The notes under the pieces: model-generated
Databases searched by the model: none
What the model saw: only the letters and a program-made list of their open reading frames with translations
What the model was told of the DNA's origin: nothing
Shown: piece after piece, positions 35,466 to 40,079 of the stretch
How the letters are laid out: every line of letters starts with the position of its first letter
Numbering within the stretch: the stretch's first letter is position 1
NCBI GenBank assembly: GCA_016209905.1
Contig: JACQVG010000018.1
Location: 1-40,079 of the forward strand
Reading direction: 5' to 3'
From: Gemmatimonadota bacterium
GTDB taxonomy: Bacteria > Gemmatimonadota > Gemmatimonadetes > Gemmatimonadales > JACORV01
DNA length: 40,079 nt
Translations under genes and position numbers: made by a program

Positions 35466-37013
35466 TCACGCGCTGGACGGCGGGAAGCGCGTCGCGATCC
35501 ACAGCCGCCACCGCGCGTGCCGCTGCATGGCGCGCACGTACGCGCGCTCGCGCCTGCCCTCCTTTGCCCTCATGAGCCTGACGAGCCCGCGACGCTCCGC
35601 CGGCGTCCAGGCCCCGAGGTCCCCCACCAGCGCCGCGACCGGCACGAGGCGCTCGGGCACCCGGCGGGCGCCGAGCCGACGTGCGACGCGCCGGCTGAGG
35701 TCCCGGAGCGCCCGAGCCCGATCGCCCGCGTACCGCCGCTCGATCAGGCGCGTCACCGCGAGGCCGATCGCCTTGACGTCCGCGTCACGGAAGTCCTCGA
35801 CCGTCGTCCCGTCAGTGGCGAGCACCAGGTCGCTGCGGGCGAGGCGGCGCAGCTCCGCGGGACCCGAGCGCGCGCCCGGCCGACGGTTCAGACGCGCGCA
35901 CTCCCGCTCCGCCGCTGTCCGCGCCCGCGCATCCACCGGACGGAAACCGAGCTTGTAGTAGAACCAGAACGACCCGGCCTCGATCCCTTCCGGGTTCTCG
36001 TGCCCGAGCTGATAGCGCCGCATGATGAACTTCCGGACGCCGAAATGGTGGTGGAACAACGCGGCGAACCGCCCGAAGACGAACGCCGATTCGCCCGCCC
36101 GGTAGGTCGGAAACACATTAATCGCGATATCCGCCCGGTCGAAGAGCAGGACGGCGTAGCCGTAGCCGATCGGAATCCCGTTCTTGACGAGCAGGGCGCC
36201 GTAGTCGCTCTCGAGGGTGAGGCGCAGCGCCCGCGCCAGGCCGATGACGTAGATCTCCAGGCCCCGGCCCGCCGCCACGCGGTAGACCTCGTCCCGGTTG
36301 CCGTGCACGATGACGTGGAACTCGCGCTCGCGCTGGGACAGCGCGGCGCGCGCCGCGTCAATGACGCGATCCGCGCGGCTCGGGGCGAGCGGCTCGAGCG
36401 GGCCGAGCGGGCGCCGCACCTCGGCGGCGAAATCGGCAGGCCGCTCCCGCAGCAAGGTGCGGTGGTAGAAGATCCGCCGCACCGGAAGCCGCGCGTGCGT
36501 CACCGCCTCGGCGCAGGCCGAGAGGTCCCAGCGGAGCGGCAGGTTCAGCCCCTCGAAGAGGTGCCGCTCCAGTTCCCCCGGGAACCCCCGCGCGCGCAAC
36601 GCGTCCAGCAGCCACGCGAGGTCGGTCCGCCGGTCTGGGCCCTTGGCCCACCGGATCCAGCCCCACGACGGCACGTCGTCGTCGTCCAGCCCTTCATTCT
36701 CCGCCCAGGCCACCACGAGCGAGAACAGCGCGGCGATCTCGTCCCAGCGGTGGCGCTTGTACGCCGGCCAGTCGATCTCAACGGCCCGGCCGTAGCGGTC
36801 GCTGAGCCACCGCGCCATGGCGTGGTTGAAGGGGTAGTGATACGCAGTACCGGCGATGCCGGAGTTGGCGAGCTCCGCCCGGTAACGCCCAACCCGGCGC
36901 TCGAAGCCGGCGAGCGACCGCGCGGCCCGCCGCCACTGCGCCGCGCTCCTCGGGAAGGCACGGGCGAAACAGAGGCGCTCGTGCAGCGCGAGGAGGTCGC
37001 CTGCCGAGCTCAC
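35466..37013 (-). CDS. Hypothetical protein with a GNAT-like motif
   Basis: 515 aa with protein-like composition, tightly coupled to dat and the ferritin-like gene; contains SFWFYYKLGFRP. Confidence 0.75.
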   Translation of the reverse strand: MSSAGDLLALHERLCFARAFPRSAAQWRRAARSLAGFERRVGRYRAELANSGIAGTAYHYPFNHAMARWLSDRYGRAVEIDWPAYKRHRWDEIAALFSLVVAWAENEGLDDDDVPSWGWIRWAKGPDRRTDLAWLLDALRARGFPGELERHLFEGLNLPLRWDLSACAEAVTHARLPVRRIFYHRTLLRERPADFAAEVRRPLGPLEPLAPSRADRVIDAARAALSQREREFHVIVHGNRDEVYRVAAGRGLEIYVIGLARALRLTLESDYGALLVKNGIPIGYGYAVLLFDRADIAINVFPTYRAGESAFVFGRFAALFHHHFGVRKFIMRRYQLGHENPEGIEAGSFWFYYKLGFRPVDARARTAAERECARLNRRPGARSGPAELRRLARSDLVLATDGTTVEDFRDADVKAIGLAVTRLIERRYAGDRARALRDLSRRVARRLGARRVPERLVPVAALVGDLGAWTPAERRGLVRLMRAKEGRRERAYVRAMQRHARWRLWIATRFPPSSA

Positions 37014-37014
37014 C

Positions 37015-37857
37015 CTACGCGCACTCGCGCGCGATCGTCTCGCCGAGGAGACGCTGGAGCCGCTCCGTCACGGGCCGCGCCTCGGGCAGGGTCCTTCCGT
37101 CCAGTTGGTGGATGGGGGCGACGCCGAACGACGTGCTGCTCACGAATAGCTCCTCCGCCTGCGCCAGCTCGTGGTGGAAGATCGGCGTCTCGCGGCAGGG
37201 GATGCCGTGCTCGCGGCAGAGCTCGAGGACGAGGGCGCGCGTGACCCCGGGGAGGATGTAGTTGGACAGCGACGCCGTGCGGACCTCACCCTCGAACACG
37301 GCGAAGAAGTTGCTCAACGTCCCCTCCAGCACGACCCCGTCGCGAACCAGGAGCGCCTCCTGCGCCCCCCGCTCCGCGGCGCGCTGGTGCGCCAGCACGT
37401 TCGCCACGAGGGAGACGACCTTGATGTCGCACCGCGCCCAGCGCTCGTCCGGCGCCAGGATGACCGTGAGCCCCGGCGCGCTCCAGGCAGGGTTCGGCGT
37501 CAGCTCCCAGGCGTAGGCGAAGATCGTCGCCTTCGTGTCGGGAGGAGGAAAGGCGTGCTGGCGCGGCGCGGCCCCGCGCGTCACCTGGAGGTAAATCAGC
37601 GCGTCGCCGCCGCCCAACCCGTTCTCCTCCACGAGCCGCGCCGGCACGTCGGTGAGCGGCGAGAGGTACACGCCCAGGCGGATCTTCGCGAGGCTGTCGG
37701 CCAGCCGCGCGAAATGTGCCTCGAGGCGGAACGGCCTTCCGCGGTACGCCCGGACGACCTCGTACACGCCGTCGCCATAATTGAACCCCCGATCCAGCGG
37801 GCTGATGCGCGCCTGCTCCAGGCGCAGAAACTGGCCGTTGAGATAGACCGTCGTCAT
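37015..37857 (-). CDS. dat: D-amino-acid aminotransferase (class IV)
   Basis: ISPLDRGFNYGDGVYEV, YLQVTRGAAPRQHAFP, RW.RCDIK, EGTLSN, ILPGVTR. Confidence 0.88.
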   Translation of the reverse strand: MTTVYLNGQFLRLEQARISPLDRGFNYGDGVYEVVRAYRGRPFRLEAHFARLADSLAKIRLGVYLSPLTDVPARLVEENGLGGGDALIYLQVTRGAAPRQHAFPPPDTKATIFAYAWELTPNPAWSAPGLTVILAPDERWARCDIKVVSLVANVLAHQRAAERGAQEALLVRDGVVLEGTLSNFFAVFEGEVRTASLSNYILPGVTRALVLELCREHGIPCRETPIFHHELAQAEELFVSSTSFGVAPIHQLDGRTLPEARPVTERLQRLLGETIARECA

Positions 37858-37924
37858 GGCTCCCGATGATTCTAGCGGCTCCTCGCGCCGGCGCCAGAGC
37901 CCGGCTAGCTTCCCCGGCGGCCTC

Positions 37925-38629
37925 ATGCGCTTTGCACGGTACGGGTTGGCGGCGATCGGCCTCATCGCCCGCGCCGCCGCGGCCGACGCCCAGGCGGCGC
38001 TGGAGCGCGAACGCCGCTCGATGGTCGAGCGCCAGATCGTGGAGCGCGGCGTCCGGGATTCCGCGACGCTCCGGGCGATGCGGACGGTACCGCGGCACGA
38101 ATTCGTTCCCGCGCAGTTTCGCGGCGCCGCGTACGCCGACTCGCCGCTGCCCATCGGCTTCGGCCAGACCATCTCTCAGCCCTACATCGTCGCGTACATG
38201 ACGGCGCTGCTGGGTCCTGCCCCCGGGGCCCGCGTGCTCGAGATCGGCACCGGCTCGGGCTACCAGGCCGCCGTGCTCGCCGAGCTCACCGACGACGTCG
38301 CGACGATCGAGATCATCGGCGAGCTGGCCACCAGCGCACAGGAGCGGCTGCGGAGGCTCGGCTATGGCCGAGTCCGGACGCGGCATGCTGATGGCTTCTA
38401 CGGGTGGCCGGAGGCAGCACCGTTCGACGCCATCATCGTCACCGCGGCCGCCGGATTCATCCCTCCGCCCCTCGTCGAGCAGCTGCGGCCGGGAGGCCGC
38501 ATGGTGATTCCCGTCGGGAGCATCTACGGCGCGCAGTTCCTCGTTCTGGTCGAGAAGGCGGTGGACGGCAGCCTATCCACACGCACGCTGCTCCCGGTCC
38601 GGTTCGTGCCGCTCACCGGAGACCACTAG
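37925..38629 (+). CDS. pcm: Protein-L-isoaspartate O-methyltransferase
   Basis: VPRHEFV, AY.D.PLPIG.GQTISQPYIVA, VLEIGTGSGYQAA, APFDAIIVTAA, VRFVPL. Confidence 0.95.
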   Translation: MRFARYGLAAIGLIARAAAADAQAALERERRSMVERQIVERGVRDSATLRAMRTVPRHEFVPAQFRGAAYADSPLPIGFGQTISQPYIVAYMTALLGPAPGARVLEIGTGSGYQAAVLAELTDDVATIEIIGELATSAQERLRRLGYGRVRTRHADGFYGWPEAAPFDAIIVTAAAGFIPPPLVEQLRPGGRMVIPVGSIYGAQFLVLVEKAVDGSLSTRTLLPVRFVPLTGDH

Positions 38630-38635
38630 CCTCCC

Positions 38636-40079
38636 GTGACCGCCGCGGTGTTCGCGATCTCGGCGGCGGCCCTCGCGTTCGAGATCGTCCTGCTCCGCAT
38701 CTTCGCCATCGAGCACTACCACCACTTCGCCTACGCGGTGGTCTCGATCGCGATGCTCGGAGGCGGAGCGAGCGGGACGCTGCTGGTTCTCCTGCGCGAT
38801 CGGGTGCGGGGCCGTGAGGAGCGCCTGTTCCGCGTGAGCGCGGCGGCATTCGTGGTGCTGCTCGCCGCGGCGCCGTGGATCGCGCGCCAGCTCCCGTTCG
38901 AGCCCACGGCGCTCGCCTGGAGCGGGAGGCAGTGGGGCGTTCTTTTGGCGCTGTATGTCACGCTCGCGCTCCCGTTCGCGGCGGCGGCGGCGGCGGTGAT
39001 CCTGGCCCTGCTCGCCGAACCTGCCCGGACCCCTGCGCGCTACGCCGCCAGCCTCGCGGGCTCGGGGATGGGCGCTCTGATCGCGCTGGCCTGCCTGTTC
39101 CTCCCGGCGCCGTGGACGCCGCACGTCACTTCCTTCAAGGCGCTGCCGCAGGTCGAGGCGTATCCGGGCGCCCGGAAGCTGGCCGAGCGCTGGAGCCCTC
39201 TCGGCTGGCTGGTCGCCGTGCAGACGCCCGCGTTCCACTACGCCCCGGGCCTCAGCCTCGGCTTCCGCGGGTCCCTGCCGCCGCAGACGGGCGTCTTCCT
39301 CGACGGGGACTTGGCCGGCGCGGCGACCGGCTGGGCCGGCGCGCCCGACTCCGCGGCCTTCCTCGACTGGCTCCCGGCGGCGGCGGCGTATCGGCTCGGC
39401 GCCGCCGAACGCGTCCTGGTGATCGGCGCGGGGGCGGGACTCGAAGTGCTGAGCGCCCTGGCTCACGGCGCCGGGCGCGTGGTCGCCGTCGAGCTCAACC
39501 CGCAGGTGGTGAGGCTAGCGTCGGCGCTCGATGGGGCCTCGAACGCCTACGGTGACCGGCGCGTGGAGGCCGTGATCGCGGATGCGCGCAGCTTCGCGGC
39601 CCGCAGCCGCGAGCGCTACGACCTCGTCGTGATCTCGCCCGGCGAGCCGTTCGGGGCCTCGGCGGCGGGAGTGCACGCGCTCGCCGAAGACTACCTCACC
39701 ACGGTGGAGGCGCTGCGCGCCTACGTCCGGTTGCTCGCGCCGGGAGGCGTGCTCGCGATCACGCGCTGGGTCCGCAGCCCGCCGCGCGACAACGTGCGGA
39801 TGATCCTCACGGCGGCTGAGGCGTTGCGGGCATCGGGCGACACGCTGGTGGGCCGGCACCTGGCCTTCATCCGGGGCTGGTCGGCCGCGACGCTCCTCGT
39901 CAAGCCGCAGGGCTTCACGGGCCCGGAGCGAGACCGGCTGCGCGCTTTCGCGTCATCGCGCCTCTTCGACCTGGATTGGCTGGCAGGCGAAGCGCCTACG
40001 GGGTCGGTACACAACCGACTGGAGCGGCCGGTCTACGCCGAGGCGGCGGCTGCGGCGACCGGGCCGGAGAGCGCGGCGG
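38636..40079 (+). CDS. Membrane spermidine-synthase-like SAM-dependent protein, 3'-partial
   Basis: Not in the ORF track (no stop in the window). SAAALAFEIVLLRIF...HHFAYAVVSIAMLG.GASGT TM region, then VLVIGAGAG, VAVELNP, DARSF, YDLV, EDYLTTVEA. Confidence 0.85.
   Translation, partial: MTAAVFAISAAALAFEIVLLRIFAIEHYHHFAYAVVSIAMLGGGASGTLLVLLRDRVRGREERLFRVSAAAFVVLLAAAPWIARQLPFEPTALAWSGRQWGVLLALYVTLALPFAAAAAAVILALLAEPARTPARYAASLAGSGMGALIALACLFLPAPWTPHVTSFKALPQVEAYPGARKLAERWSPLGWLVAVQTPAFHYAPGLSLGFRGSLPPQTGVFLDGDLAGAATGWAGAPDSAAFLDWLPAAAAYRLGAAERVLVIGAGAGLEVLSALAHGAGRVVAVELNPQVVRLASALDGASNAYGDRRVEAVIADARSFAARSRERYDLVVISPGEPFGASAAGVHALAEDYLTTVEALRAYVRLLAPGGVLAITRWVRSPPRDNVRMILTAAEALRASGDTLVGRHLAFIRGWSAATLLVKPQGFTGPERDRLRAFASSRLFDLDWLAGEAPTGSVHNRLERPVYAEAAAAATGPESAA

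Overview
GC-rich bacterial chromosomal window; gene content and order suggest Gemmatimonadota (inference only). Left end: the start of an integron-type cassette array on the minus strand (attI-like site, a Phd/YefM-RelE/ParE toxin-antitoxin cassette, a clear attC, then an inverted hicA-like cassette), with no integrase visible. Next are two MacB-type permeases, bshB1, a cysteine desulfurase, mnmA and sixA, a stand-alone CuA cupredoxin gene under tandem Rex-like boxes, and rocD. A clade II nitrous-oxide reductase cluster (cytochrome c, nosZ, nosB, nosD, nosF, nosY) is followed by a universal stress protein, a soluble histidine kinase with a DosS/DosT-like GAF domain and an OmpR/CusR-like regulator. 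The best candidate for an undescribed system is one promoter motif (TGAA-N6-TTCAC, 11-bp repeats, -10 element at fixed spacing) found three times: before the nos operon, before the regulator and before an unannotated ~250-nt structured RNA. The rest is mostly housekeeping on the minus strand (dnaJ, grpE, tnaA, cinA, pgsA, mglAB, recR, ybaB, dnaX, tRNA-Asn, SRP RNA, aldolase, pyk, a ferritin-like gene, dat), then pcm and a partial spermidine-synthase-like gene.
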